From NCBI GenBank assembly GCA_051294375.1, contig CM119267.1, positions 25,745,293 to 25,809,292 of the forward strand: 64,000 nucleotides of DNA, written 5' to 3'. The notes under the pieces were generated by a model that saw only the letters and a program-made list of their open reading frames with translations, made no database searches and was not told the origin of the DNA. This DNA is from Paraspadella gotoi. Lineage: Eukaryota; Animalia; Chaetognatha. A program made the translations under genes and the position numbers. This document shows, piece by piece, positions 1-12,455 of this stretch (position 1 is its first letter; each line of letters opens with the position of its first letter).

Positions 1-172
1 GGTACAACCAATACCGTATAAAATTATCCATTCATTTAATTAATGAGCGTTGTTGTCACACTACCTTGCGCTTGACTTTGGACAGGCTATGGTGGTTTAA
101 GACTTTCTCACAGTCTCGTTTATTCACTCCCAGAGTACCAGGCTTTCATATTAATAAAGTGGTAAAAGAGTA

Positions 173-904
173 CAGAAGGCTTCATATTATAAAATGTAGT
201 ACCCATTTTTTGTGACCAGAACACGTTCCGAGAAAACTACTGGACCAAATTTATTGAAATTTGGAATGAATGATCCCTATGTGAATACAAATAGAAATAT
301 CAAGGCAAATTTCAATAATTGACCCCTGAGCCGAGTTATGGGCCCTCTAATGGGTCACCCATTGGGGCAAAAAATGGTCAAAAATTTTTTTACATGGTAT
401 TTTTTCAAATATTTTTGTTATTTGAACCAGTTGCACAGATGTTTACTCTTCCACAAAACCTATTTATTACCTCAAAAATGTTAGTTTACCTTAATTTTCA
501 TCTTCATGAACACTATTCTGTTCAGTCAGATATTGGAATAATTTTGGAAAATTGGAAAGTAACACGATGAACCATGCATTTTCAAACAATGCTTTTATAA
601 TTTATCAATTCTTGATTCTACACATTTTTTTTACATGTTAGAGACGTCAATAGCACCTGATTGCTGACTAAAATTATTAATATAGAAAAAAAAATTTTTT
701 AGCCTTTTTTGGCCCCCAGGGGTCCAGCCCCAGGACCCTGTATCTCTTGTCAGGGGTTGAATATCAAAATTCGCCTCGATAGTTCCATTTATATCGTCAT
801 TAGGACTGTATATGTAAAATTTCATAAAATTCGATCGAGTACTTGGGTAGAACAGATTCTGGTCACAAGAAAGGGGTACACATTTTATAATATGAAGCCT
901 TCTG
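173..904. mobile_element. Non-autonomous TIR element (MITE), Tc1/mariner-like, copy 1
   Basis: TIRs CAGAAGGCTTCATATTATAAAATGT.. (173) and ..ACATTTTATAATATGAAGCCTTCTG (904). TA precedes the left end. Homologous copies at 9429-11335 and 53374-54111. No coding capacity. Confidence 0.85.
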
Positions 905-2707
905 TTAGACGAGAATCTCGCTTAAAAAAAAATTTCAACATTTTTCTAATAGAGAATTCCGTTCAAATCTGACTACCCAAATTGCAAACGGCGTTTGCCA
1001 GAAATTCGGTTAAAAAACACGCTTAAAAACGCACGATTCCGAAGTGTTACATCTGAAGAGCTTGTCCTATTCGTTTTATGGCATTTGATAAAGGATTTAA
1101 TATCAAACAAGCAGGGGAAATGCACTACTCATCTCCGGAGAATTTTCAAACCTCATTTTTTACTATAGAAATGAAAGGGAAAGTTTAACAAACTTAAAAT
1201 TGCAAACGGGATTGCTATATGTTCCTGTTACATGAGCAACTTCGAATTTCGCGATTCAATAGCTTTGTGTCTGAAGAGCTTGTCCTATTTTTCTTTTTTC
1301 ATTTTATAATGATTTTGACATAAAATGATCAGGTTTAAATGAAATAGTCCAGTTTGAATCGCGAAATTTTTATTTAAAAAAAAATTAAAAGGAAGGTTGA
1401 GAAAAAAACTGATTTTTCCTAATATCTTTTGAAGGAATAAAGATAAAGGGATGGCAATAGTACAAAATGAAGCCATATATATAGGGCACATACACAGATA
1501 CAATTTTAGAATTACTTATGCTGAAACCTCCTTACAGGAGGTGAGTATCAAACTAAGTCAAAATTATAATGAATTTTAAAACTAATGACACCCCACAAGA
1601 ATAAATGAAAATTTAATTCTTTTTAATGATTTTGAAAGAAAAAAGGCTAAATTGTACTCTAGTAAAACTTTAAAGTTTTTTGAATAAAGAAAATGTAAAT
1701 TTTTTGTCACTTAAATATTTGCTTGTCTGATTTTACAAGCATGCTTACAAAATTCTACAAAAATATTATTTACCCCATCAAAGCCTAAGTATTTTCCTTT
1801 CTTTCCACCAGCAAAAGTAAACATTATCTTATTGAAGAGAAGCGGATGTTTACTAAAAGGAGCCGGAAGCCATTCAACTTCTTCACTTTGATGTTATTTT
1901 TTCAATAATAAAATAAGCGAATTTTTATATTTTTAACTCTCACAGGCTTCATAAGATATTACACTTTCATAATATCCCAATGTTAATGTAATTTATTAAT
2001 ATTTTTTTACCCAGAAATCATAAAATAACAGAAAGTTGTGAATTCCCTTCGCTCGTTTAAGAAAAAAAAAATTAACTAGCGGAATTATAAGTTTGAAAGG
2101 AAGTCAGAATCGGCGAAAATCTTAAAAGGGAGAATGTTGAAAAAAAGGGGTGGAATTTTGATGGGTTTCCTAAGATTTCTCCCAATGTGAGGTCCGATTA
2201 AAGCGAAACTTGAGATTTACAATATTCCCGTCATTCCACATCTATCGATATAAAAATATAGAAAAAAGGTCACTGGCTTCTTTTTTTATAGCGGCTTCCT
2301 ACTTCTGTATGTTTCAAATATATATACCATCTAGAAAAAAAGTATATCACATATTTAGTACAGGATATCTACTCGAAAACTTGTTTGATTTTTAAAAAAA
2401 GCATAATCTACATTCTACAGGGGTGGGAATCTATATCGAGACAAAATTTTAAAAATCATTACCCTAAAGCTCTTAATGATTTTTAAAATCTGAATAAATA
2501 TTGGTATAGTATTTTCTCTCAGCTTTTAGACGATATATTAATTGTTTTGTAATTCTTTGATGCAGCAAAGGCAGCTGCTCAGTTTTCTCCGCGCGGTTTG
2601 GAAAATTATCATGGTTAATTTCAAGATAGTTTGCTCAAACCAATTTTTCTTTTTCTAACTATAATGTGTACCTCATCTATCTGAAATAGAAGATAAAGAA
2701 GATTGTG

Positions 2708-2881
2708 GAGCCAGAGTTAAAGAGAAAATTACCATTAAATACTTTAGTTTGTTTTAAATATTAGTATTTTAAATTTAAAGTTAAATTATAAAATTAACCG
2801 ATTTTAACGGTTAACCGTTAAAAATGTTAGTTTTAACGGTTAAGCGAATTTCCTGAAAAATTAACGGTTATCGAAACTCTA
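2708..2881 (-). mobile_element. Terminal fragment of the 8-bp-TSD TIR element seen intact at 49679-50882
   Basis: Reverse complement matches about 49679-49850, including the TIR (TTAACGGTTATCGAAACTCTA) and AACCGTT subterminal repeats. It abuts a HINE-A terminal hairpin at 2881-2912. Confidence 0.7.
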
Positions 2882-4876
2882 GTCGGGATCTGAAAGCAGA
2901 TCCGACTAAAAATGGCGAAAAAAATCATATTCAGTTTGTTATATTTAGTTTCAGAAAAGAGGGAAAGATACGTAATATCGGCGGCAGTGCTGAAAGGAAT
3001 CGCGTTAAAGATGTGGAAAAATATTTCACCGTGATGCCTCAATTCGCTGTACGAGAGCATTGCCCAGACGAATGTAGGCAGTAGTCGATGCCTAGTGAAC
3101 GTTAAAATCGGAAAAATTATGCTAATGACATATTCGGATAGCTTAACACGAGTCATTCTTGAAAACTTTAGAGGTTATTCCCATAAATTTTTAATATTTC
3201 CAAATTTCCTGTGCAGTGTGCAGTCATTCCTCATCAAAGTTATCTATAACTTTCACACAATAAACCTGATGGTTCTCCTTGATATGTATTAAAGTAAGAG
3301 AGTTGTAATATCATTGGAACGGTTTTTATTAAAGTTTGAATTAAGGGTGTTTTTCTGTATTTTTTAAGGTTTTGAAGGGTTATATTTCATAATATAGTAG
3401 TCGTATTTAAAAAAAAATTATATATTTGTAATCAGTGCACCGAGGACAGTTGGTTGGCATAATTACTATTTTTAAAAAAACATTTGTTCAAAAAAATGCA
3501 TATTTTGATGTTTTGTTTAAAAATTAATTTTGGATTAAAGAATAACAAATATTCTATTTTATTCATTGTATGTTATTGGTGTATCAGTTAGCTATTATTC
3601 GAAATAATTTTTTTAAATTATCATAAGACTGAAAAATACAATATTATAAAAAAATATATTGCTACTGTATGCAAATGAGTTTTAACAAAGCTGTATTTGA
3701 GCATTTTGTTTTACCACTGGTTTAGGCAACCCCTCCCGGTTATATCACCATAATATAAGAGTATTAACTACCATATTTTTTTTACAGTATGCAATTAATT
3801 TTTTTGTCCAAAAAAATGCCCATTCACTATTTTTTTTTTAAAGTGGCTCAAACTCTTATGGGGAATAAACCACCCTCAGGTCTAACCCGTATTCGATTTT
3901 CAGCTGATTTCCAGCATTTACAAAAAAGTAACAGCCTCCTGGACTTTTCCAGGTTCTTCAAAACCGATACAAAGTGAGTCTGAAATAGAGAAAAGCCTTA
4001 TATCTCCTAAAGAAATGATTTTTGACAACTGATATTGCTTGAGAGGTTTTCGATGATAGTCCCTAATTAATTAAAAGCATATATATTTTTGTACGATGGA
4101 CTACACTTTTTCCGAGAAAAAAAATTATTTCGATGATAGTGTAAGGCGGGCTAAAATTGAACACTTTTTATAACTTCTAATTCTCTCAAAAAAATTCCTT
4201 TTTTCCTTCTATTACTAAATCGATTTTCAATGCAACTTTTTGAATTAGTTCATTGGGTTGTTGCACTGAAGCTTTTAAATATTTATTAATATATAACAAA
4301 TGACAAAATTTTTTAAAAAAATTTATTTATTAAGAACGGATTCCTATAGAGCTTGAAAAGTTAAATGAAAGTTAGTATTACAATTTTTCAAAATTTTGAC
4401 AATAAATTGGTTAAAAATAGAAAAAACCCTAAAAAATCATCATCATTGGCTAAATTTTATGGTTTTTTAAAATTTTTACCAATAAAAAAAAATTTTTTTA
4501 AAAGTTGTATTAATAACCTTTATCTAACTTTTAAAGCTCTATCAGAATCTATTGAAAAAAATTAAAAAATTAAAAAAATATTTTTAACTTTATATAGTAT
4601 TAAAATAATCTTTAAATGCTTCCGTGCGCCTATTAATAAGATATTTTTTTAAAATTATTTTTATTTTCATATTCTCTAACAGTCACCAAATATTGAAAAT
4701 GTTTTACCCATGTTTAGTATATTTTTTTATAAAATAAATTAACTTTTCAACAATTATGTGATATACTTTTTCCAAGTTAGTAAGTCGGTTATTTCTTAAG
4801 CAATTTAAAATTTATATATATTGTTATATTTATTAGCAATAAAATATCTTAGGAAATTTTATCAAATTCGTTAAGA

Positions 4877-5972
4877 TGTGCGAGAAGAACTTGAGGACAA
4901 AAACGTGAAGGAGATTCGTGAAGATTACGACCCAGCCGATTTCCATCGTACGAAGGATCGTAGAAAAAGGGAAGGCGGGGCCACGCCCGAATCACGTCAA
5001 GAATTAAGAGACCGAGCGTCTCGCGTCAAGGACAGACTAGAAACGCAGTTGGAGGGGGATGTTCACGTGGCAGCCTTCACCGAAGAAGAATGGGAGTCAC
5101 GCTTAAGAAGGGAAGAGGAAAACGAGGAACTCAGTCCTAGGGACAAAGAATACGAAAATGAAGAAGACGAATCTGAAGACGACGAACTCGACGAGGAAGA
5201 AGACGTACCCATCGTCCCATTCGGAAATCTGGGAAAGTCTCGAGTAAACGGCACGCCCACTCGTCTCGATCCTCCATCGATCGAAGCTGAGGACACGCCC
5301 TCTACTCGAGAGAGGAAAAGATTGACGTGGGCCTCCAATGTGGAGGATAACAACGAAGACAAGTGCAACGCTTTCGGGAGTCGGCTCAAAGCGCTCTTCA
5401 ACTCTTACAAGGACGAAGAGATCGTCGTCAGCGACGAAGAGGACGAAGACGAAGACAAGAAAGACTCGAACGACTCGTGTCAAATCGAGCCCCTTAGACT
5501 CACGATCACCCACACAAGAGTCGAAGATTCGTTGGTCAAGAGTCCGTCCACCTCGTTTCCTCGACATCCCGGGGACATCAAATTGTTTTTCGATGCTTCC
5601 GTTAAAACTCCGCCAAGAGTTTCCGTCTCCTCGTCGCCTGATTCGAATATCTCCTCTTTGCCGTCGGCGCCGAGATCGATATTGAAGAAAAGGGAAACTC
5701 CCTCCAAATTCACTGACGACGACGACGACGACCAATCCTCGTCGAGACTCCATCGGTTCGACTCTGGTAGATCTCTCCAAGAAGAATCTTTCTCCTCACC
5801 GCGACTCCATTTTAAGACCCAAAAAGAGACTGAATCTTCTCTAACCAACGCCGCCGTGGGCCAAGTCGTCGAGCGTCATTTAGCCGATAACGAAAAGTCT
5901 GCATCTCCCGAACCGGAAGCCTCCGCCAAACGGATTTCAAAGTTTAAACAAAGGAAGACTTTGGAGTCGTAG
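4877..5972 (+). CDS. URI1: URI1 (unconventional prefoldin RPB5 interactor), large 3' exon; 5' prefoldin exons not found in this window
   Basis: Open frame after acceptor TTAAG. Contains VKEIREDYD, an acidic tract, HPGDI, PRSILKK, AVGQVVER and the C-terminal URI box KRISKFKQRK. Confidence 0.75.
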
Positions 5973-6054
5973 CTACTAGATTGCTGCTTCTCACTTACTG
6001 TTTTATTAGGCTAAATTAATTTTTTAGTTTTAATGCCACTTATGTTTGGATTTT

Positions 6055-6265
6055 TTATTGTCGAAATCGCTTGCGCTTGCGACGATTTTGTGACGATGGT
6101 CCTCATAATTGGCGTCGTCGTTGTCGGCGTTCCAAATTATAAATCGCCTTTTTGTTTTGCATAAATCTTAGTTTTCCTGTATCAAATTTGATTTTTTGAG
6201 TATTAAAGTTTATCATGGGTCTAGATTTCTTTCTGTACGATTGCGACGATATATGCTTTTAATAT
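6055..6265 (+). mobile_element. HINE-B (Helentron-associated non-autonomous element), short copy
   Basis: 5' hairpin (TGTCGAAATCGC..GCGACGAT), (GTC)n microsatellite followed by GGCGTTCCAAATTATA, 3' subterminal IR GATTGCGACGAT and a T-rich end. Same family at 22925, 37755, 38590, 47176 and 55300. Confidence 0.6.
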
Positions 6266-6323
6266 TTTTTTTTTCTTTTGGTTTTGTTTCTTTATAGATT
6301 TTACATTCAGACAAGATATTGCG

Positions 6324-7067
6324 ATGCCGTTCATTAGCAATCTCGGACCGGACACGCTCGACGTGATGCTCAACCAACCTTCGACGCGCCTTTTTGTCAA
6401 CGAGTCCTTTTACGGCGCCGGAACTCTTGTCATCGCCGCCAGTCGTCTATCCTGGGTTTCCGAGGTTCCCGTTTCCACTTCTGGAAACGCCTCCAAATTC
6501 TCTCTTGAATACAAAGGTGTCAGCATCCACGCGGTTTCTCGCGATACCTCAAAGTTCCCTCATCATTGTCTTTACCTCATGATCGATGGGGACATTGCCA
6601 ACGACGTCTCCAACCTCGTGCCTGCTCACGAGGAGAGCATGGAACAAGGAATGGGCGTCGACGATGAGGAAGACGACTACGACCCCGTGACGGAAATTCG
6701 GTTCGTCCCTTCGGACCCGCAGCAACTTGACGCAATGTTCAACGCTATGTCCGACTGTCAGGCGCTTCATCCGGATAGCGAAGAGGATGAACTGTCGCCT
6801 GACGATGGAGAAGAGGAGGACTGCACGGCGGAGGATGCTATCAATGGTCATTCCGAGGCTGTGGAGGAATTGGACGAGAACCCCGTGGATTCGGGAACTT
6901 GTCCAACCGAGGAACAAATGACCACTCAGGGCTTGGCGACGCTACGAAGGCTAGAAGCGATGCTTGGTAGGAGTTCGGGCACCGAAGCCACCAATGATGC
7001 AACGACTGCGGAAGAGTCGTCCACCGGTGACCAATTTGAAGACGCCGATGAAGAGATGGAATCATAG
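6324..7067 (+). CDS. CLNS1A: Methylosome subunit pICln (single coding exon, 247 aa)
   Basis: Motifs GAGTLVIAASRLSW, FSLEYKGVSIHAVSRD, HCLYLM, TEIRFVPSD, LDAMFNAMSDCQALHPD, QGLATLRRLE and GDQFEDAD. Confidence 0.93.
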   Translation: MPFISNLGPDTLDVMLNQPSTRLFVNESFYGAGTLVIAASRLSWVSEVPVSTSGNASKFSLEYKGVSIHAVSRDTSKFPHHCLYLMIDGDIANDVSNLVPAHEESMEQGMGVDDEEDDYDPVTEIRFVPSDPQQLDAMFNAMSDCQALHPDSEEDELSPDDGEEEDCTAEDAINGHSEAVEELDENPVDSGTCPTEEQMTTQGLATLRRLEAMLGRSSGTEATNDATTAEESSTGDQFEDADEEMES

Positions 7068-7472
7068 ATGTCATGGCTTTTATTTTCTCTTCTAAACGTG
7101 TGTGATGTTTCGTTACTTTTCAGGAATTTGTTACATATACACAAATTTATCTTTGTCAGTCAACTACTGAATTTTTTGTTAGTATGAATTTGTCAAATTT
7201 ATTTGCAGCGGATTTGACCATAAAGCATTCGATTTTTAAATTAAAAAAATCCATTGTGAATATTTATATTAGATTGTTTAAATTTTTTTAAATTAATTGA
7301 TAATTTTTCGTGTGAAAGGTACTTTTTTTTTCGCTTCAAGTTAATTTTTACATTGTTCATTTTTAGTTTTAAATCGGCTGACTCATCACTAATGATCCAG
7401 CTGTTTCACAAGCGTCATGAGTAACAAGCTTGCCAATATGTTTTCGCTTTCGGGACTTACCTAGCAATCACT

Positions 7473-9082
7473 ATGTTGGGTCCCAAGATGAAAAAGATTA
7501 TTCGTGGGATTGGATCGATGTTATTTCTCTTCTCCACGTTGAGCTCCGTTAATTCGAATCATGTCGGTTTTTCCCTCAAGTTTGTTCAAGTCGTCTTTCG
7601 TCATGGGAGCCGCTCTCCGGTGACCATTTACCCTAACAACCCCAACAAGGAGGCGGAATTTTGGCCAATGGGACTTCTTCAGCTGACGCCAAAGGGGGTG
7701 GAGCAGGCCGTCGAACTGGGATCAAACCTGAGACGTGAATACGTTGATAAGCGAAAGCTTTTATCCGAAACGTTTAAAACTGGGGAAGTGTGGATGAGAA
7801 GCAGCGACACTGATAGAACGTTAATGTCAGCTCAAGCTTTGGCCTCGGGTCTCTATCCCCGATCTTATACCAATTACTCCATCCCAGTTCATACGGTGCC
7901 GCAGGAACAGGATCGTGTTTTAGTTTTTCCTCAACAATATGGTTGCAACAAATATTACGACATCGTCCAGGAACAATACGATAGTGGGAAATATATCGAT
8001 GAACTGCAGGAACAAATAAAATCTGGTTTGCTCGATAGTATTGCCTCTCATTGTGGTTACACAGGGAATCAACCGGGCCTTATCAATATGTGGAAGATTG
8101 AGGACAACATCAGAGTGGACAAGGAAAATGGATTGCCTCAGGAAAATTGGATCGACCAAGATGTGGAGGATGCGTTAAAAAAAGTAGCCATCTCGAATTT
8201 GGTAGTGTTTAATATGAATGACGATATGATCAGGATGGGCGGTGGACATTTGCTTCAAAGTCTCAGGGAAAACTTTGACAAGAAGATTAAAGATCCCAGT
8301 TCACGACTCAAATTAGCTATATATTCGGCTCACGACATTTCTTTGACATACATTTTGAGTATTCTAAAGGTAAATACTAAATTCTATTTTTTTCGTCAAT
8401 ACTTACTAGTTTAGATTTTAGAGTTATATGGTAAAGGTCGGGGTAAAAAAAAATACAATTAAAAAACTCGAGTTGGTTCTTATTATATTAATTAATACAA
8501 TGACTTAATTTAATTCGACTAATTCGATTTCAGAACTGGGAGCCTCATCTTCCGGCGTATTGCGCCAGCATCACCTTCGAATTGTGGCAATCGGATATTG
8601 ACTACTCTTATTACCTGCGTGTGTGGCATCGAGACTCCAATTTGTTTGGTTCAAGCGCCAAGCTTCTACAAATTCCTTTTTGCGTCAAAAAGTGCCCCTT
8701 CTCGAGTTTCGTTAACCTTACTAATGTCTATCTACCTGGCAAGGACTTTAATGCATTGTGCGGGATTGACGAGGATGAAACCAATCTGCGGCAGGAAATT
8801 GAGAGCCTGGAAGAGTCGGTTGCCAATAAAACGTCTTTGGCTGCTCACCTGAGGCGAGAAAGAGATGGCGTGCTTGTTGCTCTCCTAACGTTGATCTTTG
8901 TTTGCCTCGCCACCGTGATCGCCACCGTAACTCGATGCGTGGTTGTGAGGCTAAGACAACCTTGGGACCCATCCGACGCAACGAAGAACATTTACCGATT
9001 GTTCAACAACCACAACAATCAAAACACCGCGGGTGATCCATCCAATTTGACCCGCGTCAGGACCCAAGTTTTGGTCGACTAG
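7473..9082 (+). CDS. Histidine acid phosphatase, lysosomal/prostatic (ACP2/ACPP-like), type I membrane protein; exons 7473-8369 and 8534-9082
   Basis: Signal peptide, catalytic RHGSRSP, LTPKG, RSSDTDRTLMSA, IYSAHD, PAYCASITFELW after a GT-AG intron, and a C-terminal hydrophobic TM helix (GVLVALLTLIFVCLATVIATV). Confidence 0.9.
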
Positions 9083-9428
9083 CTTTATAACCAGTTTTTT
9101 GTGATTTTTTAATGTTTCTATATTATTGTTGCTTAATATAGAAAAAAGCTGAATTTAAAATTTTGTCTAATAATCCTTTATTAAATTTTATAAACCAGTA
9201 GTATATTGATGTTATCTATTTGTTTTCATTTTTGTTACCTGTGTTACTATGTCGTTTACACACATTTTTATTTACTCTATCCCTATTTACAAATGGAATG
9301 AAAATTAAACTAGTTTAAACCGTGCCTTAGAATCTTGCCCACCCCAAACCTCTGATTTTATCATTCATTTTTTGTTATATTCCAGTTTTTTTCATTTTAA
9401 CTCGACTTACTATATGATATACCATTTA

Positions 9429-11335
9429 CAGAAGGCTTCATATTATAAAATGTAGTACCCCTTTTTTTCTGTTGACCAAAACACGTTCCGAGAAAACTAC
9501 TGAATAGAATTTAATGAAATTTTGCATGTGAGAACCAGTAGTGATACAAATGGAACTATCGAGGACAATTTTTACATTCCACCCCTAAGCTGAGATAAGG
9601 AACCCTGAGGGGGCAGCCCCTGAGGGCCACAAATGGTAAAAAATTTTTCCAAATTTTTTTTATTATTTTTGTTTTAAACAGTTGCACAGATGTTTACATC
9701 TTCCACAAAACGTATTTATTACCTCAAAAATATTCATTTACCTTAATTTTTAGCTTCATGAACATCAGCAGTTAAAGTCAGATTTGGAATAATTTTGGAA
9801 AATTGGAAGTAAAACGATGAATCATGCATCTTCAACTATGCTTAATTATTTTCAAATTTATCAATTTTAGTTCTAAAATGTTTTTTTCTTATGTTTAAGA
9901 CGTCAATGCACCTGATGCAACTAAAAGAATTTGAAAATAAAAATAAAATTTTAGTATTTTTTGGCCCCCCATTTTTGTGATAAAATGGTTCATAAAAGTC
10001 TATAAAACAGTCCTTCAATAGGCAGAGGTGTTGGGTTACAGGTCGGACAATCCAACATCCGAAGCAATAAAAGAGTTCCAAGTTGTTTGGAGTAATCCTA
10101 GCGGCGTAAAATCCCATGGAACTGATCCGCCAGGAGGTTAGTCGGAGCCAACTTCTTTTTCTTGTCACTTAGAAAGCGAGTTCAGCACTCGCTAGGATAA
10201 AGCTCCGCACTATTGGAGTGAAACAAATTGGGGTACCGCGGGATTTTGGGAAAATTTGGGAAGCACTGTGCTCATAGCAGTGGCGGATTTACTAAAAGCC
10301 AAATGGAGTTGTGCCACATGAGGGAGGTAGCCAAGCCTTTCTCCTCCAACTTCTAAAGGTTGAGCCACTATTGGGTCTCAGAGCCACTTAATCCAGAACA
10401 CACCGCGCGACGAAGTGCGAATGATCTTTAGAGGAGTATGTCATCTTTAACGGCGTTTGAAGCACTGAATTGCACAATATTCCTTGCCAGATCCACCAAG
10501 TCTTTAGCGCTAGCAATGCTTGTCTTTGGGTGGCAAGATCCAGACGAAGCCCACAAGTGAAAACTGATGAAAAGATTTTTTTTCTTCACAGCACTGTTGA
10601 ACCCAATAGGGCAATCAAAACGACAGGACTGCTGACGGATGTTTGTGGTTTAGAACTTGCAGGACCTCAGGATTGTCTCGACAGGCTGAGAGACAGTGAA
10701 GCAGCACTCCAAAGAGAGGAGTGGCAAATTGTCAACACACAGTAGGTTCTCCACTCAGTGTGGATAAAGGACGATGCACCAGTGTTAGGGGGCGAATCCT
10801 GCGTACCCCCTAACGGGTAGTGATGAGTGTGGGGTGACCAAAGGAGTGTCACTAAAAGTCAAGGCGTGGCAGAATGTCTCGTTCCAACCAGGAATGATTG
10901 ATCACGGGCGGCCGTGCATTGACAGTGCACCCTGGAATCTACACTGTAATAGATCAGAAGAGAAACACAATGATCAAGAACCACATAACCTATCAGTAAC
11001 CCAACACCTCTCCTATAATCATTAATAACTCGTGATAGCTTGAAAGGAAAGACATCGAATAACAAATATCAATCAATGAATAATAAATGAATAGACACGT
11101 GGTGAAACGTTTTATTTGTTAATGAATTAATATCCAAATGAATAAAAGTCCGATGATGAATCTTCACGAAAGTTTCTTCCCGACAGAATATCAAAATTCG
11201 CCTCGATAGTTCCATTTATATAGTCATTAGCACTCTAAATGTAAAATTTCATTAAATTCGATTGGGTAGTTTGGTGGGAACAGATTTCTGGTCACAAAAA
11301 AGGCGGTACTACATTTTATAATATGAAGCCTTCTG
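9429..11335. mobile_element. MITE copy 2, carrying an insertion of about 1.2 kb (9971-11186)
   Basis: Same CAGAAGGCTTCATATTATAAAATGT TIRs. Collinear with 173-904 up to TTGGCCCCCC (9970) and again from AATATCAAAATTCGCC (about 11187). Confidence 0.8.
9990..10620 (-). mobile_element. Degenerate L1/Tx1-type non-LTR retrotransposon ORF2 fragment
   Basis: Minus strand translates to CGLRLDLATQRQALLALKTWWIW (like the GGLGL.D....ALL.KW.W post-RT motif) and further on CFGC..TQHLCL (zf-RVT-like C/H motif). Contains stops and frameshifts. Confidence 0.55.
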
Positions 11336-12455
11336 CATTCATTTCTTGAGTTTATTTTTTTATTGTTGGTAACTTCTGTAGTAGAGCGTTAGTTTTATAT
11401 AAAAAACTTTTCATTTATAAGGTGTTGATAACTATTTAATTATAGGTTAAGAATAGTTTTGATATTTAAATAGTAATAGTGGGAATTTAGATACTCAGGT
11501 TTATCGGACTTCGAATTTTTAGTTCCATTTGTAAATAATTATTGAAAAGGATAATCAGTATTTGCTATTCGAGTGCCTTAAACGTTGCAGCATTAAAGAT
11601 TCCAAAGGAACACTTTTTTTGGTTTTTTGAAATTTTTATCAAGCTTTTTCAGCCAAAAAGATGAACATTGCGATGAAAATGAATTAAATTTATATAAAGC
11701 TTTAAGAGTTTAGGTGGCATGTGATAGTTTATACTCAAATATTTTTTGTATAATCCAGAAATTTATATTTTATATCACCAAAGTCATAATCATCGCAATT
11801 TGTGACGAATTATAGAAAGATAACCATGTTTTTTTTATTTAAAAAGGCCCAATTATTATTAAATACGTACATAATCCAATTGCTCCTGGCTCAAGCGGTT
11901 CATAACTATTTTTTTTTAATAATTAAAAATTGTCTTCAAAGTCAAACCCATAATTTTGGTATGATTGATGGTTTGTTTCTTTCTATGAACTTCGGAATTT
12001 GGTTTGTGTTTTTTTTATGTCCCAATCACTGATGATCTCTTTTATTTAGTTTCAATCCCAAATGGATTTTAAAACGTTTTTGTTATTATAATACAACGAA
12101 GTCATATTATATGTGGAATATCTCAATCCCAAAGCAACGGAAAGTGATCCCAGAAGAAGGTAAAAGCATCATTCATAATAGTTGTTGTCCTTTTTTGAAT
12201 ATTTAACACGAAAGAGTTAAGGACGTTGATTTATTGATCGTTACGTAGGTCGCGCTCCTCCTATTATCAACTCTCGCTCAATAGTCACTAAATCTCAGCG
12301 CTGAACTTCTGAAGCTACTATTTTATTACATTCCCGTATTATTTTATTTAGAAATTCTAATAACGTTTGTCATTGCAATAAAAAAAACGAGATTTTATAC
12401 TCAGCATCGGCAACTCTTTCTTTTGTTTTTTTGTTTTTTTTTCAGTAGCCCCAAA

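Noticed and set aside
1-170. Repeat with the motif GGTACAACCAATA (also near 27606, 34368, 34687 and 54950)
   Set aside because: Clearly repeated, but termini, TSD and class could not be defined from this window.
2940-3295. Candidate upstream URI1 exon
   Set aside because: No frame gives the prefoldin-domain motifs and all frames contain stops.
5063-5848. Antisense and alternate-frame ORFs over URI1 (likewise over pICln, lipin and the 61909 gene)
   Set aside because: Shadow ORFs expected from GC-rich coding exons; no recognisable motifs.
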